Source of the DNA: Maricaulis salignorans
Lineage (GTDB): Bacteria; Pseudomonadota; Alphaproteobacteria; Caulobacterales; Aquidulcibacteraceae
Assembly: GCA_943372135.1 (NCBI GenBank)
Contig: CALRXH020000005.1
Coordinates: forward strand, 51,978 to 115,977
DNA length: 64,000 nucleotides
Reading direction: 5' to 3'
Shown here: in pieces, positions 44,724 to 53,758 of the stretch
How positions within the stretch are numbered: the first letter of the stretch is position 1
Layout: every line of letters begins with the position of its first letter
Position numbers and translations under genes: made by a program
The notes under the pieces: model-generated
What the model saw: only the letters and a program-made list of their open reading frames with translations
What the model was told of the DNA's origin: nothing
The model's database searches: none

Positions 44724-45853
44724 TCCGCGGCCTCCTTCATGTGCGCTGTTTGCTCTGCCAAGGCTTTTGCTTTGGCATCAAAGAACTCCCGACGCAGACG
44801 ACGCAGGAATTGAAGGTCAGCTTGGAAGTCAACGTAATGCGGCAGTTTGAGGTGCTGAACAAAGCCTGACGCTTCCACCACGTCGGAGTGATAGAGCACA
44901 AATTCCTCATCCTGACAGGGCGCTTGGCCTTCTTCGCCCAACTCGCGGCCGCGAAGTGCGCGGTCCACAATCGACATGCTCATCGCTTTGCGTTCATTGT
45001 GGCCAAAGGTCAGACCATAGCCACGCGTGTATTGTGGTGCCTGCTCAGCAGAGCCTGCAAAGCCCGACAACATGATGCATTCTGTCATCGGCAAGTCTGC
45101 CAACTCAATTTCAAAGCCAAGTTCATCAGGTGTAAAACCGACACTGACTTCGCCCATGCGGATCTCGCCGCACAAGGGGTGGGTGGAGCCCCAACCGCGT
45201 TGGCTAGAATAAGCAAGGCTCAATAAGAAGCCTTCATCGCCGCGTGCAAGAGCTTGCAAACGTTGGTCGCGATCGGCTGGGAAGGCCATCGGCTCGCGGG
45301 TCAAGTCATAGGGTTGTGCTGAAGTATCTGTAACCGGGTCGCCTTCCAACAAGCCTTCATGGGCAAAGACTTGGGCAATGGTCGCCAATTGCGTCGGCAT
45401 AACTTCTTCAGATACTTGAGCCGGCGGGACTTCATGGCCGCCTTCGGCTGCCAGCTTGAAGTCCAACAGACGGTGGGTGTAATCAAACGTTGGCCCTAAG
45501 ACCTGCCCACCTGGAATGTCCTTGAAGGCAGCAGAAACGCGGCGCTGGACGGCCATGTTCGCAGTTTCAATCGGTGTCGAAGCGCCAAAGCGCGGTAAAG
45601 TAGTCCGGTAGGCACGCAACAGAAAGATGGCTTCTGGGAGATCGCCGCGCGATTGCTTGATCGCCAGAGCGGCCAAATCTGGATCGTAGCAAGAGCCTTC
45701 AGCCATTACACGATCAACGGCCAAGCTCATTTGTTCGCGAATTTGAGCCACGCTCAACTCTGGAACGGAGGGATCGCCACGGCGGACTTCGCCCAGCCAA
45801 GTGTGGGCGTTGGTGATTGCGCGTTCGCCGCCCTTAACTGCTACATAAGCCAT
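44720..45853 (-). CDS. phnI: C-P lyase subunit PhnI
   Basis: MAYVAVKGGE, AIKQSRGD..EAIFLLRAYRTTLPR, GGQVLGPTFDYTHRLL, SGFVQHLKLPHYVDFQ. Confidence 0.97.
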   Translation of the reverse strand: MAYVAVKGGERAITNAHTWLGEVRRGDPSVPELSVAQIREQMSLAVDRVMAEGSCYDPDLAALAIKQSRGDLPEAIFLLRAYRTTLPRFGASTPIETANMAVQRRVSAAFKDIPGGQVLGPTFDYTHRLLDFKLAAEGGHEVPPAQVSEEVMPTQLATIAQVFAHEGLLEGDPVTDTSAQPYDLTREPMAFPADRDQRLQALARGDEGFLLSLAYSSQRGWGSTHPLCGEIRMGEVSVGFTPDELGFEIELADLPMTECIMLSGFAGSAEQAPQYTRGYGLTFGHNERKAMSMSIVDRALRGRELGEEGQAPCQDEEFVLYHSDVVEASGFVQHLKLPHYVDFQADLQFLRRLRREFFDAKAKALAEQTAHMKEAAE

Positions 45854-45855
45854 GC

Positions 45856-46473
45856 TTATTCCCCTTTAGTCTGAATGCGGGTGGTACGCGGGATGGATAC
45901 AAGCGTGGCTTCAGCGCACAGCATCACATCAATCCCGAATTGAAAATGGGCTACAAGGTCGGCACGTTCTGACCAAAAGCTATCTGGTAGGCCTTGCGGC
46001 GCAATTTCGGCGATCGTTTCAATCCCTGGCCCTTCGAGCACCAAATTCAGACCCGCCTCAAGATCTGGCACCATCACAATCACGGTGGTCGCTAGGTCTG
46101 GATATTTGGCATCACCTTGGTTGAAACCTGACAACATCTGAGCCGCGAGCCCTGCATGCGACAGAACGGCAAACGCGGCCTCCTCAGCATGATCGGTCAG
46201 CGGACAGGATGTATGGAACCGAAGCCAACTCTCGATCGCGCCGCCGCGCAAGCTTCGCTCTAGCCAAACCAACGTGTCTTGGTCGGCCAAGGTTAGAAGA
46301 ACAGCTGCCGCCGCCGCATTGAGCCCCATCGGCGGAGTCAAAGCTTTGCCAACTTCTACCCGAGTGCCGGGCTGCGCCGTGGCGGTCAAAAGCGCGCGAA
46401 ACACACTTTGGCTGTCTCCGACAGGCTCGGAAAAGCCGGGGCGCAGTTCTGCAAGATTAAGGGGGGCATTCAT
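45856..46473 (-). CDS. phnH: C-P lyase subunit PhnH
   Basis: PGFSEPV.DSQSVFRALL, LLTLAD.DT, G...YPD.ATT, L.GPGI, F.FGID. Confidence 0.93.
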   Translation of the reverse strand: MNAPLNLAELRPGFSEPVGDSQSVFRALLTATAQPGTRVEVGKALTPPMGLNAAAAAVLLTLADQDTLVWLERSLRGGAIESWLRFHTSCPLTDHAEEAAFAVLSHAGLAAQMLSGFNQGDAKYPDLATTVIVMVPDLEAGLNLVLEGPGIETIAEIAPQGLPDSFWSERADLVAHFQFGIDVMLCAEATLVSIPRTTRIQTKGE

Positions 46474-46475
46474 GA

Positions 46476-46961
46476 CTAGGCCTTCCGATCTCGGACCATG
46501 GTGAAAAACTCGACCTGCGTGGCCTTTGCCTTGCGGCTGATAGCTTCGCGACGCTCATCGGCGGCTTGTCGCAAAGGCTCAATCAGACCGTCGCGCACTT
46601 GGTCATGCCAAACCGGGGACTGCAGCATCGCATCAGCAACAGCTGCGACAAAAGCATGCGCCTTATCTCGACCGGAGACATAACCAATGCCTGTCTCCCC
46701 TGTGGCCAAACGGATCGCGCATCGCGTCACCGTCATCTCGCCAAGGTTAAACGGATTACCTGCGCCACCCGTGCGGCCGCGCACCATCACCATGCCGGTT
46801 TCAGCAGGGCGCAGGACCTGGCTTTCTGGCGCAACCACATCCTCCCAGAGCCTTAGAACTTCTGATGCGGGGGCCTTTGCTAGGGTCGACAACCAGCCCT
46901 GGCGGGCGGTACTGCCCGTCAGGGCATTGTCAACAAATTCGTCTGCGTACGATTGAGTCAT
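46476..46961 (-). CDS. phnG: C-P lyase subunit PhnG
   Basis: RQGWLSTLA, LRPAETGMVMVRGR.GG.G.PFNLGEMTVTRC, FFTMVR; start ATG 46961. Confidence 0.93.
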   Translation of the reverse strand: MTQSYADEFVDNALTGSTARQGWLSTLAKAPASEVLRLWEDVVAPESQVLRPAETGMVMVRGRTGGAGNPFNLGEMTVTRCAIRLATGETGIGYVSGRDKAHAFVAAVADAMLQSPVWHDQVRDGLIEPLRQAADERREAISRKAKATQVEFFTMVRDRKA

Positions 46962-47015
46962 GGCGAACAACTTTTGAATTGATTGTAATTGGACTTGCAT
47001 TATGCTATCAGTTCA

Positions 47016-47068
47016 TTAGTATAAATTCAACAGATTAATTGTGTCATTGCTGTGACTTAATATAAATT
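47016..47068. promoter_or_regulatory. AT-rich phnG/phnF divergent control region with repeated operator-like motif
   Basis: TTAGTATAAATT (47016-47027) and TTAATATAAATT (47057-47068). Confidence 0.5.
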
Positions 47069-47097
47069 TGTTGATTATCATGTAAAAAGGCAATAAA

Positions 47098-47850
47098 ATG
47101 TCAATTATTATTGATGAAAAAAGCCAATCGACAACAAATTGGCGAGCAATCGTCCAGTGGCTCGAAGTAGAAATTTCTGAGCGTCGATTGGTACCGGGCG
47201 ACAAATTGCCAACTGAGCTACAAATCTGTGAGCGATTTTCGACAAATCGTCATACGACTCGCCGCGCGCTGGCGCACCTGCAGTCGAAGGGGCTTGTCGA
47301 ATCGACCCAAGGGCGCGGCAGTTTTGTTCGGCGACCAACCTTGATCTACAGTATCGGCAAACGAACCCGGTTTTCTGCAGGCCTGCAAGAGCAAGCCGCT
47401 AACCCTGAAACCAAGACATTGACGTTAGATACCCGCCCTGCAGAGCCACATGTGGCGGCAGCACTTGGGTTGAAAGGTGGGTCCCCGACAATCTTTTTGG
47501 AGCGCCTCGGATTTGCCAACGGCCAAGTCATCTCGGTTGCTAGACATTGGTTTGCGTTTGAACGTTTCCCTACGTTTGCTGTCTTCTATGCGCGATCAAA
47601 GTCGATCACCCAAACCCTGATTGATTGTGGCGTGCCGGATTATACGCGGCTGCGCACGAAGATCAGTTCGCGCTTACCGACCGCGCAGGAAACCCAGCTC
47701 TTACACGTGCCCAGACATATTCCTTTATTGGTGACACATGCTTGGAACGTCGATGGCCTTGGCCGACCGCTAGAATATGGCGAAGCCCGAATGGCCTCTG
47801 ATCGTGTGGAAATAACCATCGAAAACGAACGACTGCCAGACCTAGACTAA
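47098..47850 (+). CDS. phnF: GntR/HutC-family phosphonate regulator (wHTH + UTRA)
   Basis: GDKLPTE......FSTNRHT.RRAL..L...GLV...QGRGSFV, RTRFS, DYTR..T.I.SR; divergent from phnG. Confidence 0.92.
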   Translation: MSIIIDEKSQSTTNWRAIVQWLEVEISERRLVPGDKLPTELQICERFSTNRHTTRRALAHLQSKGLVESTQGRGSFVRRPTLIYSIGKRTRFSAGLQEQAANPETKTLTLDTRPAEPHVAAALGLKGGSPTIFLERLGFANGQVISVARHWFAFERFPTFAVFYARSKSITQTLIDCGVPDYTRLRTKISSRLPTAQETQLLHVPRHIPLLVTHAWNVDGLGRPLEYGEARMASDRVEITIENERLPDLD

Positions 47851-47895
47851 TCTCGCGCCAATTTCCTCTCAACCTCCAACAGTAATGAGCCGAAC

Positions 47896-49029
47896 GTGAC
47901 CATCCAACTTTCTAAAGCCAAAATCGTAACGCCCACTGGGGTGATCCAAGGAAGCCTTTCTTTCAAAGGCGCAGAAATCCAAGACATTGTCGAAGGTCCA
48001 AGCCAACATGGTGAGGATTGTGATGGGGATTGGTTGATCCCTGGCATTATTGATATTCACACCGACAATTTGGAGCGTCACTTCTTCCCGCGCGCCAATA
48101 TCGATTGGAACCCCGTTTCTGCCGCTGTGGTCCATGATGGCCTGTGCATCAGCGTGGGTGTGACCACCGTCTTCGACTCACTCTCAATTGGCTCCTTTGG
48201 CGCAGGCTCGGCGCGTACGCCCGACAATTTGATCCGGCTGACCGATGCCTTGCACGAAGCGCATGACAAACAACTTTTGAAAGCAACCCACCGCCTACAT
48301 TGGCGATGCGAGGCCCCTTCAGACGTGATGGCGGATTGGCTACCTGACTTTGCCGATGCGCCATTGACCGGCTTGTTCTCGCTGATGGATCACACGCCGG
48401 GCCAACGCCAATATCGCAACATCGATAAGTTCCTCGATATGTGGCGGCGGGAAGGACTAACCGAAGCAGCAATTGAAGACCGATTAGCAGAGCGCCGCGC
48501 CAATGTTGCCCGCCATGATGCGGCTAATCGGCGTCTCGTGGTCGAAGTTGCTAAAGCTCGTGGTGTGCCCATCGCCAGCCACGACGACGAGTCCGTCGCC
48601 CATATCAACGAAGCAGCAGATCTTGGCGCCACCATTGCTGAGTTCCCAGTGACGATGGAAGCGGCACAAGCGGCCCAGGACCGCGGAATGCATATCGTCA
48701 TGGGCGGGCCTAACCTCATCCGGGGCGGCTCTTACTCTGGCAATGTGCCGGCCAAGGATTTGATCGCCGCAGGTCTGCCGATTGGGTTTGCTTCTGACTA
48801 TGTGCCCCGCAGCTTGATTGAGTGCGCCTTTGCCCTTGCCGCTGGCCCGTGGCAATGGCCGATCGAACAAGCGGTAAACACGGTAACGGGCCTGCCTGCT
48901 CGGGCTGTTGGCCTCCATGATCGTGGCACACTGGAAGTGGGCAAACTTGCCGATGTTGTTCGCGTAAAAGTTGTCGATGGCCACGCCCTTGTGCGCGGCG
49001 TCTGGACGGGGGGCGTCCGCGTCGGCTGA
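47896..49029 (+). CDS. phnM: alpha-D-ribose 1-methylphosphonate 5-triphosphate diphosphatase (copy 2)
   Basis: PGIIDIHTDNLE, GVTTVFDSL, HWRCE, MDHTPGQRQY, ASHDD, AEFP, GGPNLIRGGSYSGNV, ASDYVP. Confidence 0.92.
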   Translation: MTIQLSKAKIVTPTGVIQGSLSFKGAEIQDIVEGPSQHGEDCDGDWLIPGIIDIHTDNLERHFFPRANIDWNPVSAAVVHDGLCISVGVTTVFDSLSIGSFGAGSARTPDNLIRLTDALHEAHDKQLLKATHRLHWRCEAPSDVMADWLPDFADAPLTGLFSLMDHTPGQRQYRNIDKFLDMWRREGLTEAAIEDRLAERRANVARHDAANRRLVVEVAKARGVPIASHDDESVAHINEAADLGATIAEFPVTMEAAQAAQDRGMHIVMGGPNLIRGGSYSGNVPAKDLIAAGLPIGFASDYVPRSLIECAFALAAGPWQWPIEQAVNTVTGLPARAVGLHDRGTLEVGKLADVVRVKVVDGHALVRGVWTGGVRVG

Positions 49030-49766
49030 TGCATGTTCTCACCCTCAATATCTGGAAAGACGAGGGCGACTTAGCAGCCCGCCTAGAGATGATCGCAGAA
49101 GAATGCCGCCTCCTGCAGCCAGACATGATTTGTCTGCAGGAGGTCTATGCGGACTCGATGATGGATGCAGGGAAATGGCTGGCCAACGCATTGGGCTTGA
49201 CCCGGGTCGGCGTCCCAGCGCGCACAAAGCAAAGATCAGGGGTTCTTTCGAGCTCTGGCCTCGCTATTTTATCGCGACTGCCGCTCTTGGCGGAAGAAAG
49301 TCTAGACCTGCCAACAAGTGCCGCCGATGGCGGCCGAAAGGCACTCTATGGTGATTTTGAAACTTCCAAGGGTCCGCTCCGCGTTGTCTCTCTCCACTTA
49401 TCTCATCTAAAGGCAGAAGAAGGTGACATGCTGCGCAGCCAGCAATTGGCGGCGATTTGGTCTTGGGCGAACCAAGGCCGGGATCACCCCCTTATTCTGG
49501 CTGGCGACTTCAACGCCACGCGCAAAGCCGCATGCTTTGACTGGTTGGCTCATCAAAGCACGATCACTGGCACCGACAGCCTTTTGCCGCAGGCGACCAG
49601 TTTGCGCCATCAGCCCAATGCTCTGATCGATCACATCGCGTTGGCAGGGAAAGGTGCCTGGCAGTTAAGCGACGCAGAGCTTAGCTTTACAGGAGTTGAT
49701 GCCAAAAGCGGATGCTTTGCCAGCGACCACTTCGGTATTCTGGCCAGCTTTGATCCAATTGATTGA
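49029..49766 (+). CDS. Endonuclease/exonuclease/phosphatase (EEP) family protein
   Basis: VLTLNIW, PDMICLQEV, GLAILSRLP, SLHLS, LAGDFNA, IDHI, ASDHFG; TGATG-coupled to phnM2. Confidence 0.9.
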   Translation: MHVLTLNIWKDEGDLAARLEMIAEECRLLQPDMICLQEVYADSMMDAGKWLANALGLTRVGVPARTKQRSGVLSSSGLAILSRLPLLAEESLDLPTSAADGGRKALYGDFETSKGPLRVVSLHLSHLKAEEGDMLRSQQLAAIWSWANQGRDHPLILAGDFNATRKAACFDWLAHQSTITGTDSLLPQATSLRHQPNALIDHIALAGKGAWQLSDAELSFTGVDAKSGCFASDHFGILASFDPID

Positions 49767-49823
49767 AGCGGACCACGATTTACTGTCACAAATCCTCTGA
49801 TTACGGCACCATTTTGTTTGGCC

Positions 49824-49841
49824 ATGTCACGGGCCTGTCGT
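49824..49841 (+). promoter_or_regulatory. Candidate Pho box upstream of the ABC exporter
   Basis: ATGTCAC-GGGC-CTGTCGT (11-bp direct repeat); another half-site CTGTCAC at 49783-49789. Confidence 0.55.
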
Positions 49842-49863
49842 GCAAGCGCCATAAGCCAATTCC

Positions 49864-51675
49864 ATGTCCCAACAAGATAATCAGGCGCGCCACTCATGGC
49901 GCGAGACCATTGGATTTTGCGCCCGCTATTGGGCGCAAGAAAGACCACTTTTGTCCGTCGTCGTCGGGCTGACGCTCGTGATGGTCGCAGCCGAAGTCTG
50001 CATCCCGCTATCAGCAGGCCATTTGGTTGATACGCTGACGAAGGTTGCAGCGGGTGGCCTGCGCGACCAAAGCGCCGGGCAAGCAGCGGTGATGGCGGTC
50101 GGCCTTATGACTGGGATTTCTGCCGTCTATTATGTGCTAGGCAATATCTCGACCCGTGTTTACCACCGGGCTGCCGCGCGCTGTATGGCTAAAGTCATTG
50201 AAGACGGTTTCGCGCGGATTCAGCATTTTTCCTCAGATTGGCATGCGAATACGTTTGCCGGCGCAACGGTCCATAAACTGACGCGCGGCCGTTGGTCGTA
50301 TGAGCATATCTCCGATATCTTGTGGCAGCAATTCTTCCCACTCGGCTTGGTCATTCTAGGCCTTGCTGGCGTGATGCTGGTTCGCTTTCCCGCAGTGGGG
50401 ATCGTGTTTTTGGTGATGGTTGTTGTCTATGTGGTCGCTTCTTTTGTGATCGCCATCCGTTATGTGCGTCCAGCCAACGTCGTGGCAGCGGCCGCTGACT
50501 CTCGCATTGGTGCGGCGGTGGCTGATGCCGTCTCCAATAATAATGCGGTCAAAGCGTTTGGGGCGGAGGCGCGCGAGACCGAGCGTTTTGAACAAGTGAC
50601 AGGCAAATGGCGGTCCTTAGCGGTCGTTTCCTGGCGCAAAGCTTTGGATATGGGCCTGATCCAGCATTTTCTGTGGTTGAGCTTACAAGCTGCCATGCTG
50701 GTTCTGTTGATCGGACTTTCAACGCGTGGACAGGCTACGCCGGGTGACGTTGCCTTTGTCATCACCGCTAACTTCCAACTCGGCGGCAGTTTGCGCAAAG
50801 TCGGCGATCACATCCGCATGCTTCAGCGGGCGAGCGCAGAGCTGGCCGATATCATCGAATTTGATCGCGCGCCGCTGGGCGTCGAAGATGTCGAGCAAGC
50901 GCCAGACTTTCAGCCGGGTCTGGGCGAGATCATCTTCGACCAAGTCCAGTTTTCCTACCCGGGCTCACAGAGCGGCAAAGCATCCCTGTATCAAAATCTC
51001 GATCTTCGCATCGCGCCGGGCGAGAAAATTGCGCTGGTTGGCCCCTCGGGGTCTGGCAAGTCTACCTTCGTCAAACTCATCCAGCGCCTATATGACCTCA
51101 AGTCCGGCACTATTTGGATCGACGGACAAGACATTGCGCAAGTCCAGCAGGCAAGCTTGCGCCGTGCCATCTCAATTGTGCCCCAAGAACCAATCTTGTT
51201 CCACCGCAGTCTGGCCGACAACATCGCTTATGCGCACCCTGAAGCGCCGATGGAGGCCATCATCCAAGCGGCAAAGCGTGCTTACGCCCATGATTTCATT
51301 GACGCCTTGCCGGAAGGCTATCAGACATTAGTAGGCGAGCGCGGCGTGAAGCTTTCTGGCGGAGAACGTCAGCGCGTCGCCATTGCCCGTGCCTTTTTAG
51401 CGGACGCCAATGTCGTCATATTCGATGAAGCAACCTCCAGCCTAGACACGGTCACAGAGCGGTTGATTCAAGCGGCCATGGCAGACCTGATGGTCGATCG
51501 GACCACAATCATCGTGGCGCACCGCCTGTCGACCATTAAGGATGTGGATCGAATTTTGGTGTTCGAACGCGGCAGGATTATCGAGCAAGGGCACCACCAA
51601 GCCCTTTTGGCGATCCCAGAAGGTGCCTATGCCCGCCTTCATGCCGTCCACGCGGAAGACCAATTTATTGGATAA
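49864..51675 (+). CDS. ABC exporter, fused permease/ATPase (MsbA/Atm1-like)
   Basis: Six-TM N-domain, GPSGSGKST, VPQEPILF, LSGGERQRVAIARA, FDEATSSLD, AHRLSTI. Confidence 0.93.
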   Translation: MSQQDNQARHSWRETIGFCARYWAQERPLLSVVVGLTLVMVAAEVCIPLSAGHLVDTLTKVAAGGLRDQSAGQAAVMAVGLMTGISAVYYVLGNISTRVYHRAAARCMAKVIEDGFARIQHFSSDWHANTFAGATVHKLTRGRWSYEHISDILWQQFFPLGLVILGLAGVMLVRFPAVGIVFLVMVVVYVVASFVIAIRYVRPANVVAAAADSRIGAAVADAVSNNNAVKAFGAEARETERFEQVTGKWRSLAVVSWRKALDMGLIQHFLWLSLQAAMLVLLIGLSTRGQATPGDVAFVITANFQLGGSLRKVGDHIRMLQRASAELADIIEFDRAPLGVEDVEQAPDFQPGLGEIIFDQVQFSYPGSQSGKASLYQNLDLRIAPGEKIALVGPSGSGKSTFVKLIQRLYDLKSGTIWIDGQDIAQVQQASLRRAISIVPQEPILFHRSLADNIAYAHPEAPMEAIIQAAKRAYAHDFIDALPEGYQTLVGERGVKLSGGERQRVAIARAFLADANVVIFDEATSSLDTVTERLIQAAMADLMVDRTTIIVAHRLSTIKDVDRILVFERGRIIEQGHHQALLAIPEGAYARLHAVHAEDQFIG

Positions 51676-51683
51676 GTCGTAAA

Positions 51684-52511
51684 CTAGTTCAGAATTCGGG
51701 CCAGTGTGCGTAACCTTTGACCGGCGCTTGGCCCTGTCAAACCATGAAAGCCTGACAAGGATGGATAGCTTACAATACCGTCTGGTCCAGAAAACTCAGG
51801 CCCACGCCCAATGCTAAGTGCGAAGCGGCGGCCGGGTTTTGGATTGAGCTTTGGCGTGATTTCGCGAACGCCATATTGGACATGATGCGAGATGTCCCAA
51901 TGATGAGACACCCCTTCGCACTTCAAATTAAGCCAACAATGCCCGGTGGACCACTGCTCACGTGGTTCGGCGATGTGCACGCCAATGATGTAGGCGGCCG
52001 GCACGCCAATCGCGCGCAAAGCCGCGACAGCTAACGTATGCATATCCACACAGGTGCCGGGAGTAAGGCCGCATTCCAAAGCGGGCATGGCGTCTTCACC
52101 CGTCCCCAAATGCGTCTCGCGTGCACCATAGGTAAAGTGGTCCCCTACATATTGGATGAGGGCGGGTACACGGATTTGTAAGGGTGCCTCCGCCACTTCT
52201 TCCGCGATTTGATCCATCAAAGCCTGCGACGGTCTTTCAAAGGCGCTTAGACCGGGCATGAATGCCTCGTCGCTTAGCCCGGGGCCGGGCTCGTCAAAAG
52301 CTATTTTGACCATGGGTTGATCGCCAGCTTTCAGAGCGAACTGATAAGCTGCAATTCGGCCTTGTGTGTCTTGCACAATGGATTGCGGTTCTGCGCCTTC
52401 AAACGTGACGCCCATAATCTTTTGCTCCCATGTGTCGGGGGCAACTGGGAAGAGGTAGAGACCTGCATCTTCAACGGGAGCTTCCAGAAACGCTTCAAAC
52501 ACACCCATCAT
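51684..52511 (-). CDS. Transglutaminase-like cysteine protein
   Basis: GTCVDMHTLAVAALRAIGVPA.Y..G, GHCW, WD (Cys-His-Asp triad); ATGA-coupled to phnN. Confidence 0.82.
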   Translation of the reverse strand: MMGVFEAFLEAPVEDAGLYLFPVAPDTWEQKIMGVTFEGAEPQSIVQDTQGRIAAYQFALKAGDQPMVKIAFDEPGPGLSDEAFMPGLSAFERPSQALMDQIAEEVAEAPLQIRVPALIQYVGDHFTYGARETHLGTGEDAMPALECGLTPGTCVDMHTLAVAALRAIGVPAAYIIGVHIAEPREQWSTGHCWLNLKCEGVSHHWDISHHVQYGVREITPKLNPKPGRRFALSIGRGPEFSGPDGIVSYPSLSGFHGLTGPSAGQRLRTLARILN

Positions 52512-53053
52512 GATGTCTCCAGGATTTCAACCAACTTTGAAACACCAGCTTCCAAGCTCGCATCATTGTTCAAGAAAAAAACGTCCGGGCCCGTCACTTC
52601 ATAGGCTGCGGCACGCGCGATGCGGTCAGCAATCTCAGAGGGTGTTTCACGGCCACGGGCCATCAAACGCTGTTCGATGACCTTACTGGGGGCTGCAATC
52701 GAAACAACGACCAAGGACGAAAACTGCTGACGCGCCTCATCCAGAATCGCGCGTGAGGCATTGACCACCACCTGCTGGCCTCGCTCTAGGCGAGCCGCAA
52801 TGTCAGCTGGAACGCCATAAGAAAGACCATGGGCGTTCCAGAAAAGCGCAAATTCACCTCTTTGACGCTTCAATTCAAATTCAGACGACTCAATGGCAAT
52901 GTGATCTTCCCCACCAGCATCCTGTGGCCGCGTGATGAAACGTTGGGGGAAGTGATAAATAGGGTCGCTTGAAAGCTCGGCCTTAGCCCCTTCAAGTAGC
53001 GAATCCTTGCCAACACCAGATGGCCCGACGATCAAGAACAAGGTTCCCGTCAT
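52508..53053 (-). CDS. phnN: Ribose 1,5-bisphosphate phosphokinase
   Basis: VGPSGVGKDSLL, RFITRP...GGEDH, WNAHGLSYG, VVNASR, RLMARGRET..EI..R..RA. Confidence 0.95.
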   Translation of the reverse strand: MTGTLFLIVGPSGVGKDSLLEGAKAELSSDPIYHFPQRFITRPQDAGGEDHIAIESSEFELKRQRGEFALFWNAHGLSYGVPADIAARLERGQQVVVNASRAILDEARQQFSSLVVVSIAAPSKVIEQRLMARGRETPSEIADRIARAAAYEVTGPDVFFLNNDASLEAGVSKLVEILETS

Positions 53054-53068
53054 GGTCTGTAACGCCGA

Positions 53069-53758
53069 TTAGGAATGTTTCTCAACAAAGGCATCGGCAT
53101 CCATATCCCTAAAATCTTGTAGCGCTTCAGCCAGCTTTTCGTGCTCCCAATCCCACCAAGCTAGGGCAAGAAGGCCGTCTTGAACCGCTTTAGGAAACCG
53201 CTCGCGGATGGGCTTTGACGGTACCCCGCCAACAATCGTAAAGGGGGCCACGTCTTTTGACACAACTGCCCCGGCGCCGACAACTGCACCCGTTCCAACG
53301 CTAACACCTGCAAGAATGGTTGCCCCGTGCCCGATCCAGACATCATGTCCGATCGTTACATCGTCTGCGCGCCGCCACTCAAAGAAGTCATCATCGTCCT
53401 GGTCGCCCAATTGATAAGAGACCGAGCGATAGGTGAAGTGATGGAGGGCCGCCTTCCACGTCGGGTGGTTGCCGGGATTAAGGCGTGTGTCGCGCGCGAT
53501 GGAGCAGAATTTGCCGATTGTGGTATAAGCCGTGCTCGAGTCCGTCACGATGTAACTATAAGCACCCATCTCTGTTTCCATCAAAGATGTGCGGGCCCCG
53601 ACGCGAGTCCAAGGACCTAAGATACAGTCGCGGACATGGGCTTCAGGCGAGATACCCGGTTCAGATTCTGCCGGCTTTTCAGCGGCTGGATCAGGCTTCC
53701 AATGTTCAAAATAGCGATAATCTGGCGGCAAAATCCGCCCAGCGAGCCTGCCCGTCAC
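53069..53758 (-). CDS. Hexapeptide-repeat acyltransferase of phosphonate operons
   Basis: IGKFCSIA...RLNPGNHP.W.A..HHFTYR, IGHDVWIGHGATILAGV.VGTGAVVGAGAVVSKDV.PFTIVGGVP. Confidence 0.9.
   Translation of the reverse strand: MTGRLAGRILPPDYRYFEHWKPDPAAEKPAESEPGISPEAHVRDCILGPWTRVGARTSLMETEMGAYSYIVTDSSTAYTTIGKFCSIARDTRLNPGNHPTWKAALHHFTYRSVSYQLGDQDDDDFFEWRRADDVTIGHDVWIGHGATILAGVSVGTGAVVGAGAVVSKDVAPFTIVGGVPSKPIRERFPKAVQDGLLALAWWDWEHEKLAEALQDFRDMDADAFVEKHS

Noticed and set aside
47034-47058. Pho box in the phnG/phnF gap (GTGTCAT half-site)
   Set aside because: Only one good half-site; the partners at 11-bp spacing are poor, so it was not listed as a feature.
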